DNA of 64,000 nucleotides, from positions 1 through 64,000 of the forward strand of contig CAXXHG010000003.1 of NCBI GenBank assembly GCA_963666315.2, read 5' to 3'. This DNA is from Candidatus Binatia bacterium. Its GTDB lineage: Bacteria > Desulfobacterota > Binatia > Bin18. Shown here piece by piece: positions 9,765 through 19,289 of the stretch. Below the pieces are notes generated by a model, which saw only the letters and a program-made list of their open reading frames with translations, was not told the DNA's origin and ran no database searches. Position numbers and translations under genes: made by a program. The stretch's first letter is position 1, and every line of letters begins with the position of its first letter.

Positions 9765-10793
9765 ATGACCCAGCGACCGGCTCCCCAACGCATTCTGAGC
9801 GAGAGCGAGCACAGGCTGCTTGCCCATCATCCGGGCACCCCGGAGGATCACCACCATTATCTCGATGCCCCGCTTGATCGTGAGGCGGACGAGCTGCTCA
9901 GCCAGGGTACGCTTGACGACGTCGTTTCCCTAGCCGAGGTAGCCCCCACCCGCGTCGCGCAAATCATGGGCCGGCATCGTCTTGTCCTTAATCGTCTCTC
10001 ACACCATCCCTCGTATAAAAAACTGCTCACCCTGACCTGGGATACTCTCGATGCAGAGACCCGGGAGCAACACCTGGACCGTATGGTCCGCCTCCTTTTA
10101 AAAATGGCGCGTGTTGCAGTCCCCCGGAGGTCCCGCCGAGATGGGAAGCTTGAATCTGCTCGGTATCGATTTCACTCCGATGAACTTGACCTTGAAGCGT
10201 CTTTGGATCGGATGCTCTCCTCGCCATTCGCCTTACACCATTCAGCGCCGGCAGATTATGCAGATCTGGTAGTCAAGGAACGCACCCTTCGCCATCGGGC
10301 TTATATGCTGATGCTGGACAAGAGCCGCTCAATGCGTGGGTCCAAAGCCGTATCGGCAGCGCTGATAGCAGCCACATTGCTGCTGAACCTTCTGCCTGAA
10401 GATGAATGGGGGGCAGTTGCTTTTTCGGATGAGGGGCATGTGGTCCGGGCAGTTGGCACGCGGAGGGTTCAAGAGGAAATAATCCAGGAGATCTTGGGCA
10501 TGGAATCAGAAGGATGCACTGATGTGGCCTGCGGGCTGGAAACAGGACTGGAAGAGCTTAGCAGAGCACGGGTCCATGACCACATTGGTATTCTGGTCAC
10601 TGATGGCTGGCTGAACACTGGCCCCGATCCTCTCTCCCTCGCCCGACAATTCACTTGTTTGCACGTTATTGAGCTTCCTGGCGGTGATCCAGCGATGTGC
10701 ACTCGTCTGGCTCAGGTCGGTCGGGGAACCGTCGTTCGGGTGCGCGAGCTAGAGGAAATCCCCCGTGCGGTGCGGCGGTGTTTGTCGTGGTAG
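9765..10793 (+). CDS. VWA-domain (CoxE-like) protein; frame open from 9693
   Basis: MIDAS DKSRSM, GCTDVACGL, LVTDG; ELDLEASL linker typical of MoxR partners. Confidence 0.9.
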   Translation: MTQRPAPQRILSESEHRLLAHHPGTPEDHHHYLDAPLDREADELLSQGTLDDVVSLAEVAPTRVAQIMGRHRLVLNRLSHHPSYKKLLTLTWDTLDAETREQHLDRMVRLLLKMARVAVPRRSRRDGKLESARYRFHSDELDLEASLDRMLSSPFALHHSAPADYADLVVKERTLRHRAYMLMLDKSRSMRGSKAVSAALIAATLLLNLLPEDEWGAVAFSDEGHVVRAVGTRRVQEEIIQEILGMESEGCTDVACGLETGLEELSRARVHDHIGILVTDGWLNTGPDPLSLARQFTCLHVIELPGGDPAMCTRLAQVGRGTVVRVRELEEIPRAVRRCLSW

Positions 10794-10815
10794 TAGCATT
10801 GTTTCACCCGTGTAG

Positions 10816-11271
10816 GTGGTGACACCAATGATACAATACATGACAATTGGAGTGCTTCTGTGGTTGGTCCTCTGGTCCGCCACAGCTTCCGCTCAGATGC
10901 AACACAGCGGCCCTCCCCCGCTCGTGCGCTTTACCGGCTCCTTGCTGCCCCTAGAAGAGAAGGAGCGGAGTCATCTTCCCTCCCTCACCGTCTTCATGCG
11001 GGGAGAAAGATTAATCTTCAGGATTGCAAAGGTGCAGAAACTCACAGGCCCCAGCCCTAATGGCTGGCGGCTCGTTTGGGCTCTCTTTCCTCCTCAGGTG
11101 CGTTTTTTAGGTCCTGAAAGGCTCATCTCTCTTCTGCAGGAGCCAGAAATCATGGGCAAACGGCTCAGCATTGAAGGCCGTCTCTACATTGGAAGCGGAA
11201 CGTTCTTTGTCCAGAGCGTGGAGGGGGCTAGAGAAAAACCTCAATGGCTAAAACCTGAAGGATTCCTGTGA
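10816..11271 (+). CDS. hypothetical exported protein
   Basis: Signal-peptide-like N-terminus ending ASA; no recognised family. Confidence 0.6.
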   Translation: MVTPMIQYMTIGVLLWLVLWSATASAQMQHSGPPPLVRFTGSLLPLEEKERSHLPSLTVFMRGERLIFRIAKVQKLTGPSPNGWRLVWALFPPQVRFLGPERLISLLQEPEIMGKRLSIEGRLYIGSGTFFVQSVEGAREKPQWLKPEGFL

Positions 11272-11409
11272 GCTGCAGCTGCACAACAGACTGGGAATCG
11301 ATAATTGCCGCAGAGGGTTCAGGAGCACGCCCGGTTTGCACGCGGATCTGTTGGCGCAAGCAGCTATGGAACTCTTCCCACAGGCCACTCTGCCGCTAGG
11401 TCCGGAAGT

Positions 11410-11441
11410 AAAAAATAGGGGCGAGATCACCTCGCCCCTAC
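11410..11441 (-). terminator. Rho-independent terminator / GTAG-type REP-like hairpin
   Basis: Minus strand GTAGGGGCGAG-GTGAT-CTCGCCCCTA followed by T6; 10-bp perfect stem about 20 bp after the stop of the 11463..11945 gene. Confidence 0.75.
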
Positions 11442-11462
11442 TACGAACTCTCAAACTGACCG

Positions 11463-11945
11463 CTATTTTTTCAGCGATTCCTGGAACGACTGGGCTGATT
11501 TGTCAGCGACCCGATCAGCAATTTCGGCAGAACGTGCGGCGTCCTCCGCAGCCATCATGGCACTTTCCGCAGCGGCCCGCGCCTCTGCAGCCGCGGCTAG
11601 TGCTTCCTCAAGAGCGCGGCGGGACGCGCCCGAATCAACTGGCGCTGGTGGAGCAGCAGCCTGCATCGAAGGTGCCGTACCGCCAACTTGGTGCATTTGC
11701 TCATCAAAATCAAAAGGATGCATGCTATGGCCAAAAACGGGCTCTAAGTCCCGTTGCGACACCAGCGCATGTAGGGGTCGGGTTACAAGCCATTCGACCA
11801 CATAGCCTGCGGCATGCAGTGGGTAGGATACGATGCGCAGCGGATGGGTATCCTCAAAATCGTCATAATAGTCGTTGGCGGTCGCCAGAGGAGCAGTCAG
11901 AAACACTACTGCCACTACCGCCACCACCTGTCTTTTCCACATCAT
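11463..11945 (-). CDS. hypothetical exported protein with alanine-zipper C-terminus
   Basis: Signal peptide, HPLRIVSYPLHAAG, Ala-rich coiled coil; AGGAGG RBS. Confidence 0.75.
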   Translation of the reverse strand: MMWKRQVVAVVAVVFLTAPLATANDYYDDFEDTHPLRIVSYPLHAAGYVVEWLVTRPLHALVSQRDLEPVFGHSMHPFDFDEQMHQVGGTAPSMQAAAPPAPVDSGASRRALEEALAAAAEARAAAESAMMAAEDAARSAEIADRVADKSAQSFQESLKK

Positions 11946-11993
11946 CGGGGTTTCCTCCTCTCCGACGTATTCATTTTCTTTACCTTATCGACT

Positions 11994-12167
11994 CTACTCC
12001 TCTTGGGTTGACCTCTCAACCTCTTGGCGCGTCTCTCGCCGGGCAGTGGTACGACGGTATTTTTTCTCATCCTCCTTGCGACGCATCGGTGGCGGAAGCT
12101 CCTTGCGCACCCGGCGCAGCGCTTCGAGTTGAGAGACAGAACGAGGTGTGTTCTTCTTCTGTGGCAT
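11994..12167 (-). CDS. small basic protein, 57 aa (absent from ORF track)
   Basis: GAGGAGG RBS 10 nt before ATG. Protein: MPQKKNTPRSVSQLEALRRVRKELPPPMRRKEDEKKYRRTTARRETRQEVERSTQEE*. Fills the hemB to next-gene gap. Confidence 0.65.
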   Translation of the reverse strand: MPQKKNTPRSVSQLEALRRVRKELPPPMRRKEDEKKYRRTTARRETRQEVERSTQEE

Positions 12168-12228
12168 ACGTAGCCTGCCTCCTCATGCAGTATCGGGACG
12201 GCCATACAATTCTAGGATTGCTTCGCCC

Positions 12229-13209
12229 CTAGCGCGTAGCGTTCAGGACTCGCGCAGCCTCCTGGGCAAAATACGTCAAGATGAGGTCAGCCCCGGCCCG
12301 CTTAATACTCGTCAAGGCTTCGAGCATAACGCGCTCTCCGTCCAACCAGCCATTCAACGCAGCGGCTTTGAGCATGGCGTACTCTCCACTCACTTGATAC
12401 GCCGCAACAGGACAATCAAATCGTTCTTTTACCCGCCGGATAATATCGAGATAGGGCAGAGCCGGCTTCACCATGACAATATCCGCGCCTTCCTCAATAT
12501 CGAGAGCCACCTCTCGTACGGCTTCATCTCCGTTCGGCGGGTCCATTTGATACGAACGGCGATCGCCAAACTGTGGCGTAGATTCCGCTGCTTCGCGGAA
12601 AGGTCCGTAAAAGCCCGAAGCAAATTTCGCCGAGTAGGCCATGATCGGGATGTGTGGATAGCCTTCCTGGTCGAGACCTTGTCGGATGGCGCCAACACGG
12701 CCGTCCATCATGTCAGACGGGGCAACCATGTCCGCTCCGGCACGCACGTGCGACAGCGATTCTTTGACTAAAATCTGTAGGGTCGCATCGTTATCAACGT
12801 CGTTGCCTTTAATAATACCGCAGTGACCGTGATCGGTGTACTCGCAAAAACACACATCGGTAATAAGCGTCAGCCCTGGCACGTCTTCTTTGAGGGCGCG
12901 CAGCGCGCGTTGGATAATCCCATCGTCGTTGTAGGCATCAGATCCAACCGCGTCTTTTTCGTCTGGAATGCCGAACAAGATCACACCCGGAACACCGAGA
13001 TCTTGAATGGATTTACATTCTTCCACAGCTCGATCAACGGAGAACTGGGAGATACCGGGCATAGTCCCAATCGGGTTTTCCACTCCTGAGCCCGGAACAA
13101 TGAACAGCGGCATAATGAGGTCGTCCACACTGAGATGAGTTTCTCTCACCATTCGACGCAGGTTCTCATTTCGTCGCAGCCGGCGTGGTCTCTGAGCGGG
13201 AAAGGACAT
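12229..13209 (-). CDS. hemB: porphobilinogen synthase
   Basis: [40 protein letters not shown]. Confidence 0.97.
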   Translation of the reverse strand: MSFPAQRPRRLRRNENLRRMVRETHLSVDDLIMPLFIVPGSGVENPIGTMPGISQFSVDRAVEECKSIQDLGVPGVILFGIPDEKDAVGSDAYNDDGIIQRALRALKEDVPGLTLITDVCFCEYTDHGHCGIIKGNDVDNDATLQILVKESLSHVRAGADMVAPSDMMDGRVGAIRQGLDQEGYPHIPIMAYSAKFASGFYGPFREAAESTPQFGDRRSYQMDPPNGDEAVREVALDIEEGADIVMVKPALPYLDIIRRVKERFDCPVAAYQVSGEYAMLKAAALNGWLDGERVMLEALTSIKRAGADLILTYFAQEAARVLNATR

Positions 13210-13263
13210 GGTCTATACCTCCAAACAATGCGTTCTCGGTAGGCGCAACCACTTAAATTGCCC

Positions 13264-14787
13264 CTACTTCTGATAATACTCCACAATCGCCTCAGCAAAA
13301 GCCGGGATAGTATAGTCGTGGGGTTGGATGGTCACGGTCAAACCATATTCCTGCGCAGTAGCGGCAGTGATGGGCCCGATACAGCCTATCCGTGTTTTTC
13401 CGAGCAAGGCTGAGACATCCTCTCCTGGGAAGCTGACAACAAAGTTTCGGACCGTGCTGGAGCTGGTAAAAGTGAGAAGATCAATGTGGTCAGCCTGGAG
13501 CAAAGAGCGAAACCTGTCGTCTCGATTTTTTGGTTGGCTCGGTTGAATCGTTCGATAGGTCGCGATCTCGTCAACGTGTGCGCCAATCGCTCGCAGCTCT
13601 TGAGGGAGAATCGCGCGCGCCTCAGCTGCACGCGGCAACAAGATGCGCTGCGCCTTTTGTACTCCAAGCACTTCGATGAGAGCCTCTGCCCGATATTCTT
13701 GGGGCATCGCATCTATGCGCAGGTGTCGCGCTTCGATTGCACGCGCTGTTTCCGGACCAATGGCCGCAATGCGGACACTGCCCAAACTACGGATATCCAG
13801 CTGTCGCTCTTGCAGCCGGCCAAAGAAATAGCGCACCCCATTCACACTGGTGAAGATAAGCCAGTCATAACTCGTTACTGTGTCGAGTGCGACATCTAGC
13901 GCAGCGTACGAATCCATCCGGACGGTCTCGATGGTGGGGAAGCGGAAGACTTCCGCACCGTGTTGTTCAAGCAGATCAGCAAAACGACTCGCCTGGGCCC
14001 GCGGGCGCGTGACAACAATGCGCTTGCCAAAGAGCGGTTTCGACTCGAACCATTGCAGTCGCTCACGTAAGCGCACCACATCGCCAACAACGATAACCGC
14101 GGGAGGTTCAAAGCCGCGCTCCGCCGCCTGATCGGCAATCGTGCCGACTGTTCCTGTCAGGACCTCCTGGTCGGCCTTAGTTCCCCACCGAATCAGCGCA
14201 ATCGGCGTCTCAGCCGGCAGGCCAAACTGCAGCAGGCGCTGCATATTGTTTCGCAGCTGACGGGTGCCCATAAGAAAGACCAGCGTCCCACCCACTCCGG
14301 CCAGGGTTGCCCAATTCAGATGCGGCGCATTGTCCCACACCTCTTTATGGCCGGAGACAATGGCTACGGCTGATGCATAATCCCGGTGCGTTAAGGGAAT
14401 GCCCGCATAGGCAGGCACGGCAAGCGCTGACGTGACGCCGGGAACAATTTCAAATGAGACGTTCGCCGCCACTAACTCTTCGGCTTCTTCTCCCCCTCGG
14501 CCGAATAGCACGGGATCTCCGCCCTTGAGTCGGGTGACGACTTTCCCTTGCGAGGCATGTTCGATCATGAGCTGATTAATCGTCTTTTGCGAAGCCGTAC
14601 TGTCCCCGCCCCTTTTCCCAGCATCCACCAAGGTTGCCTCAGGGCGGGTGAAATCGAGCAGGCGCGTATCAACCAGATAGTCATATATCACCACGTCCGC
14701 CTCTTCGAGGCAGCGCTGGCCTTTGCGCGTAAGTAACCCAGGATCTCCCGGACCCGCGCCAACGAGATAGACTTTTCCGGTAGGCAT
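13264..14787 (-). CDS. cobA: fused uroporphyrinogen-III C-methyltransferase / uroporphyrinogen-III synthase (CobA-HemD)
   Basis: VYLVGAGPGDPGLLT and RLKGGDP..FGRGGEE, then PLFGKRIVVTRP, FTSVNGV, FTSSSTV. Confidence 0.95.
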   Translation of the reverse strand: MPTGKVYLVGAGPGDPGLLTRKGQRCLEEADVVIYDYLVDTRLLDFTRPEATLVDAGKRGGDSTASQKTINQLMIEHASQGKVVTRLKGGDPVLFGRGGEEAEELVAANVSFEIVPGVTSALAVPAYAGIPLTHRDYASAVAIVSGHKEVWDNAPHLNWATLAGVGGTLVFLMGTRQLRNNMQRLLQFGLPAETPIALIRWGTKADQEVLTGTVGTIADQAAERGFEPPAVIVVGDVVRLRERLQWFESKPLFGKRIVVTRPRAQASRFADLLEQHGAEVFRFPTIETVRMDSYAALDVALDTVTSYDWLIFTSVNGVRYFFGRLQERQLDIRSLGSVRIAAIGPETARAIEARHLRIDAMPQEYRAEALIEVLGVQKAQRILLPRAAEARAILPQELRAIGAHVDEIATYRTIQPSQPKNRDDRFRSLLQADHIDLLTFTSSSTVRNFVVSFPGEDVSALLGKTRIGCIGPITAATAQEYGLTVTIQPHDYTIPAFAEAIVEYYQK

Positions 14788-14844
14788 AATAGTCCTGAGC
14801 TAGAGGCACCGAACGTAGAAAGTCGCCAGGCAAATAGTCAACGC

Positions 14845-15771
14845 TTACCCCTCCTGTGCCAGGCGCTCTAAAATTTCCTGTCCCCCTTGGACCAATAAGC
14901 GTTCGGCCAGCCTCATTCCAACCTGTTCTGCTGTCTCGCTTGCGCCTACTTCCTGCCCGCGGATAACACGTTGTCCATCGGGGCTGGCAATCAGCGCTGA
15001 GAGTGTAACAGACGCATTGTGTACCGTACCTTTGGCCGCCAGCGGAGTCCGGCAACTGCCACCCGTCCGGCGCAAAAATGCGCGTTCGGCTATTACCGCC
15101 AGCGCGGTCTCAACATGGTGGAGCGGCTGCAGCAGCTCTTCGACTTCAGGCTCTCCTCGGGTTTCAATGCCCAGCGCGCCCTGGCCAATGGCAGGCAAGA
15201 ATATCTGATCATCAAGGACATGGCTGCGCTCGGGCATTATACCCAGGCGCGCTAAGCCAGCGGCAGCCAGGATAGTCGCATCGACTACGCCTTCACGTTG
15301 CTTGCGCAGGCGCGTATCCACATTGCCCCGCAGCATCTCAATACGCAGCCCAGGCCGGAGATGCAAGACTAAGGCCTGACGCCGTAAGCTGCTTGTTCCC
15401 AGCCGCGTTCCATCCGGCAACTCGTCCAGCGTTTCTCCATTGCGGGTAATCAGGACATCCCGGTGGTCTTCTCGCTGCGGAATGACACTAAGAGTGAGTC
15501 CATCCAGCAAATCTGTGGGGACATCTTTGACCGAATGGACCGCTAAATCCACCGTCCCGGCGAGCAGGGCTTCTTCAATTTCCTTAACGAACAGGCCCTT
15601 TCCACCAATACGAGACAGGGCAATATTCTGGATCTTGTCGCCCGATGTCTGTACGGGCATCAGCTCGACTGTCAGGCCTGGCCAGCGCTGTTCGAGCTGG
15701 TCTTTCACCCAGTTGGCTTGCCACAATGCCAGCGCGCTCCTTCTCGTCCCAATCCGAATTGTTTTTCGCAT
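14845..15771 (-). CDS. hemC: hydroxymethylbilane synthase (porphobilinogen deaminase)
   Basis: IRIGTRRSALALWQA, GGKGLFVKE, AVHSVKD, GTSSLRR, RGNVDTRL. Confidence 0.97.
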   Translation of the reverse strand: MRKTIRIGTRRSALALWQANWVKDQLEQRWPGLTVELMPVQTSGDKIQNIALSRIGGKGLFVKEIEEALLAGTVDLAVHSVKDVPTDLLDGLTLSVIPQREDHRDVLITRNGETLDELPDGTRLGTSSLRRQALVLHLRPGLRIEMLRGNVDTRLRKQREGVVDATILAAAGLARLGIMPERSHVLDDQIFLPAIGQGALGIETRGEPEVEELLQPLHHVETALAVIAERAFLRRTGGSCRTPLAAKGTVHNASVTLSALIASPDGQRVIRGQEVGASETAEQVGMRLAERLLVQGGQEILERLAQEG

Positions 15772-15804
15772 GCCTCTAAGACAGAATATCACAGCTGCGG
15801 GTGG

Positions 15805-17178
15805 CTAGTCTTCGTCCTCATCGAGCCCGAAGATTTGACGAAAGGCGTGGGCAGAGACAATCTCACCCGCTTGCTCAGTTTGCTCAGTGTGTCCATTCTG
15901 CTGAGCGGGCGCCCGCACAGAGCGCCCCGGCTCAGTGCGCGTCTGCCGATTCCTGCGCTTGAGATAGGCGAGTGGAGGATGCAGCAGCTTATTCGTAATG
16001 GAACGGCTCAAGGCCTCGACGCCTTCTTTTACCTGCGGGGGAAGCTCCTTGAGCGTAGCCAGAGTTTTCTCTACCTCACGCTGCCGTACCAGCTCAGCCT
16101 GCTCCCGCAATGCCACAATGGTTGGCGTAACTTCAAGATTTGAGAACCAGCGCCAGAAACTTTCAACTTCCTCGGCAATAATCGCTTCGGCCTTGACAGC
16201 TTCAAGCTGCCGCTCGCCTTTGTTATCCTCGACGACCTGTTCAAGATCATCAATGTCGTACAAAAAGACATTATCCAGACCGTTGAGGCGTGGATCAAAA
16301 TTACGCGGTACACCCAAATCAATGAGAAACATTGGGCTGCGTTTGCGCTCCCGCAGCGCATCTTCAATCATACCCGAGTGCAAGAGATAGTGCGGGCTGC
16401 CGGCGGAACCGATAACGACGTCTGCCAAATGGAGGTGTTTTTCAAGCTGGTCGAACGGTACCACCGTGCCATTACAGGTTCGGGCGAGTTCAACAGCACG
16501 TCGAAAGGTTCGATTTGTAACCAGGATGGTCCCGACCCCGCGGCCGCGCAAATGGCGCACGGCTTGCTCGCCCATCTCTCCGACACCGATGACCATGGCG
16601 GTCTTATCTTCCAACCGATCAAAAACCGCACAGGCCAGATCAATAGCCGCAGAGCTGACTGAGACAGCCTTGGCCGCAATTGCGGTCTCCGTACGCACCC
16701 GCTTGGCAACGGAAAACGACTTGTGGAAGCAACGATGTAAGACAGTGCCTAATGTCCCGAGTGAAGACGAGGCAGCATAGGCGTCTTTCATCTGGCCGAG
16801 AATTTGGGGTTCACCAACAACGAGGGAATCCAGACTCGAAGCGACCCGAAACAAATGACGGACCGCGTCCCGGTTGACATGCGTGTAGAGATAATCCTCG
16901 AAGTGCGACCGCGTGACCTGTTTCTCTGCAGCTAAGAAGTTACGGATTTTTTCATTAGCCGTATCGAGGTTCGGCGTGCGCGCGATAATTTCGACACGAT
17001 TACAGGTTGAAAGGATCGCTCCCTCGCGAATCGTCTCGGTGTCGACCAACCGAGCCAGGGCGCCGTCTAACGCGTCATCACTGAAAACAAACTGCTCGCG
17101 GAGCTCTACGGGCGTAGCGTGATGGTTTAGACCAACAACCATGAGTGAGGTCGCAGGATTAGCCAAATTCGCCTCCAT
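15805..17178 (-). CDS. hemA: glutamyl-tRNA reductase
   Basis: VVGLNHH, LSTCNRVE, HLFRVASSLDSLVVGEPQILGQ, DLGVPRNFDP. Start uncertain (17178 or 17142). Confidence 0.96.
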   Translation of the reverse strand: MEANLANPATSLMVVGLNHHATPVELREQFVFSDDALDGALARLVDTETIREGAILSTCNRVEIIARTPNLDTANEKIRNFLAAEKQVTRSHFEDYLYTHVNRDAVRHLFRVASSLDSLVVGEPQILGQMKDAYAASSSLGTLGTVLHRCFHKSFSVAKRVRTETAIAAKAVSVSSAAIDLACAVFDRLEDKTAMVIGVGEMGEQAVRHLRGRGVGTILVTNRTFRRAVELARTCNGTVVPFDQLEKHLHLADVVIGSAGSPHYLLHSGMIEDALRERKRSPMFLIDLGVPRNFDPRLNGLDNVFLYDIDDLEQVVEDNKGERQLEAVKAEAIIAEEVESFWRWFSNLEVTPTIVALREQAELVRQREVEKTLATLKELPPQVKEGVEALSRSITNKLLHPPLAYLKRRNRQTRTEPGRSVRAPAQQNGHTEQTEQAGEIVSAHAFRQIFGLDEDED

Positions 17179-17980
17179 GCCGACCGGGAAAAAACTGAAC
17201 CCCAACAAAAGAGACGACCAATATCGCAAAGCATACGATGGTCAGTGTTGCCGCACGCCGGCCGCGCCAACCCACACTCCGGTAGTGCAGCAGCAGCGCA
17301 TACAGGATCCACGTCAGTACGGATAGGACCAGTCGAGGCTCCCAGATCCAGAATTGGCCCCAGGCATATTCTGCCCAGACCGCACCACTCAACAGCCCCA
17401 GCGTGAGGAGCAAGAATCCCCAGGCGAGCGAGTGATAGTTTAAATTATCGAGCGTTTCGAGCGAAGGAAGACGGCGTAAAAAAGACGGCGCCCGTTTTAG
17501 TTTGAGCTGTTTTTCCTGCACGATATAAACGACGCTGGCACTAAAAGCGACCACAAAGACGGCATAGCCGAGAAAGGCGGCAGTGACGTGGATCGGCAAC
17601 CACGCGCTTTGTAGAGCCGGCGGCAGCGCACGGACCTGGGTATAAAAAACATACACGCCAAGAGTCAGCATAAAGCCCAACGGACTGACAATGGCCCCCA
17701 AAATAGACACCGGCAGCCGCCACTGCACCAGTAGCCCCATACCCGCCGTCAGGCAGGCAAAAAAGGAGATCGCCTCATACACGTTGGTTACTGCAATATA
17801 CCCAATGGCAAGAGAACGGACAGCGATCGCCCCGACATGGCAGACAAAGGCAATCAGTAAGCAACCGGGCGCCATCACCCGCACGATGGGCCGAGCCGAC
17901 ACCAAGGCAGAGACAAAGCCTACCGTACTCAACAGATAAAACAGCAAGGTAACTGTGAGGAGCCAGACTTCCATCGTCAC
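17159..17980 (-). CDS. ccsA: cytochrome c biogenesis protein CcsA / HemX-like membrane protein
   Basis: WLPIHV, LPSLETLD, GAVWAEYAWGQFWIWEPR, GWRGRRAA; multiple TM helices. Confidence 0.88.
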   Translation of the reverse strand: MTMEVWLLTVTLLFYLLSTVGFVSALVSARPIVRVMAPGCLLIAFVCHVGAIAVRSLAIGYIAVTNVYEAISFFACLTAGMGLLVQWRLPVSILGAIVSPLGFMLTLGVYVFYTQVRALPPALQSAWLPIHVTAAFLGYAVFVVAFSASVVYIVQEKQLKLKRAPSFLRRLPSLETLDNLNYHSLAWGFLLLTLGLLSGAVWAEYAWGQFWIWEPRLVLSVLTWILYALLLHYRSVGWRGRRAATLTIVCFAILVVSFVGVQFFPGRHGGEFG

Positions 17981-18655
17981 TCAAGACAAAAAATCCAACG
18001 AAAAATCCAGGCTTTCAAGCGTATACGTCACACCTAGGGTCTGCTGCAAAAGTGCGTTTACTTTATCGACTCGGCGTTCTCGAAGATAGTCCAACAACGC
18101 GGACTCGGCCAAGCTGGTGAATAGTCGCCGGCGTTCTTCTGCGGTCCGTTTCTCCTGGATGATGCGCTCACGAACGCGGCCTAAAAGCTGGAGCACCAGG
18201 GCATATTCCGGTCCGAACTGCCCGGCCAAGTCTCGACATATTTTCTTTGCCAGCGCAGGACTCGCGCCGCTGGTTGAGACGGCAATAGTCAAATCGCCCT
18301 GTTTGATCACAGCCGGGACGATAAACGAACACAGCGCTGGCTGATCCACAATATTACACAATACCCCAGCCTGTTTGGCGTCTGCCGCAACGTACTGTTG
18401 CAAAGCGGTATCGTCGGTTGCGGCAATGATGAGCGATACTCCAGCCAAATCGTCGGGCTGATACGGTCGCTGGTGAACGGTAATCCGTCCTTCTCTTCCG
18501 AGTGCTTGAAGATGAAGCGTGAGTTCCGGACTGACCAGCCTGATGTTGCCACCAGCCTCGAGTAGGGAGTCAACCTTACGCTCGGCTACCGTCCCCCCGC
18601 CAACAACCAGGCAGACAGTCTCTTTTAGATTCAGAAAAACGGGGTAAAAGGCCAT
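17981..18655 (-). CDS. sirC: precorrin-2 dehydrogenase/sirohydrochlorin ferrochelatase (CysG N-terminal type)
   Basis: YPVFLNL, LVVGGGTVAERK, AATDD, NIVDQP..CSFIVPA, IAVSTSGASPALA. Confidence 0.92.
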   Translation of the reverse strand: MAFYPVFLNLKETVCLVVGGGTVAERKVDSLLEAGGNIRLVSPELTLHLQALGREGRITVHQRPYQPDDLAGVSLIIAATDDTALQQYVAADAKQAGVLCNIVDQPALCSFIVPAVIKQGDLTIAVSTSGASPALAKKICRDLAGQFGPEYALVLQLLGRVRERIIQEKRTAEERRRLFTSLAESALLDYLRERRVDKVNALLQQTLGVTYTLESLDFSLDFLS

Positions 18656-18746
18656 GCGCTCCCACCTCTCGCAGCACGACCAAATCGTATCATAAAGGCG
18701 TTGAGGGGGGTAAGTGTTTTACAAAGATGTAGTATTGGAGGGCATC

Positions 18747-18996
18747 CTAGGTGATCGAAATTATGATTATCGTACCGACCAAAATGGTCAGCAACACAGG
18801 GCCGAGAATACACACCATCAGCCACGAGACTCCACGGGACTTCGCGAGGTTGAAGGTCCAACTCCTGCCACGCAATCTGCTTGGGGACAATCGTTCCCGA
18901 ATTTGCATGGCTGAAATAGCCGCACAGCCATTTTGAACCGGAGGTCCAATTCTCCGGTTTCTTCCATTCTGACTGGTTTATCTCGTCCTAAGTCAT
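18747..18996 (-). pseudogene. DUF5808-like small membrane protein pseudogene
   Basis: MT*DEINQSEWKKPENWTSGSKWLCGYFSHANSGTIVPKQIAWQ, then a frameshift to WTFNLAKSRGVSWL plus a TM helix. Family recognised by motif recall only. Confidence 0.55.
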
Positions 18997-19001
18997 GATC
19001 C

Positions 19002-19044
19002 GGCGTGACCGAAGCAAGTGTCCGCATTCACTTCGATGTTAGAC
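19002..19044 (-). other. truncated integron attC-like site
   Basis: Minus strand GTCTAAC (RYYYAAC) followed by ATCGAAGTGAATGCGGAC...GTCACGCC, 23 bp after the hicB stop; no closing GTTRRRY. Confidence 0.45.
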
Positions 19045-19067
19045 ACCTAGACCGTCTATTTCGAGCT

Positions 19068-19289
19068 TTAAACGACTTCTTGCATGGGACGAATTCGAGG
19101 GCTAGGAAGCTCACGTCCGCCAGCTTCAAAATGGCGAATGACGTCCTCAATGACTTCACATAATTCACCATAGAGTTTTACTGGATCATCACCATGAATT
19201 CCCGTAATTAAATCAGGACACTTCCCAATATAAATCTGATCTTCCTCACTCCATTCCACCCATTTATGATATTGATCGATCTCGCTCAT
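19068..19289 (-). CDS. hicB: HicB-like antitoxin (short, no DNA-binding domain)
   Basis: YHKWVEWSEEDQIYIGKCPDL..GIHGDD...RELPSP; translationally coupled to hicA. Confidence 0.8.
   Translation of the reverse strand: MSEIDQYHKWVEWSEEDQIYIGKCPDLITGIHGDDPVKLYGELCEVIEDVIRHFEAGGRELPSPRIRPMQEVV

Noticed and set aside
11336-12232. 298-aa plus-strand ORF, and other long antisense ORFs such as 47350..48378 and 49867..50568
   Set aside because: They are shadows of well-supported genes on the opposite strand, with no recognisable motifs.
15840-15960. Low-complexity C-terminal insertion in HemA; Ser-rich N-terminus of RecG (63119-63200)
   Set aside because: Variable terminal or linker regions are common, and there are no intein or mobile-element hallmarks.
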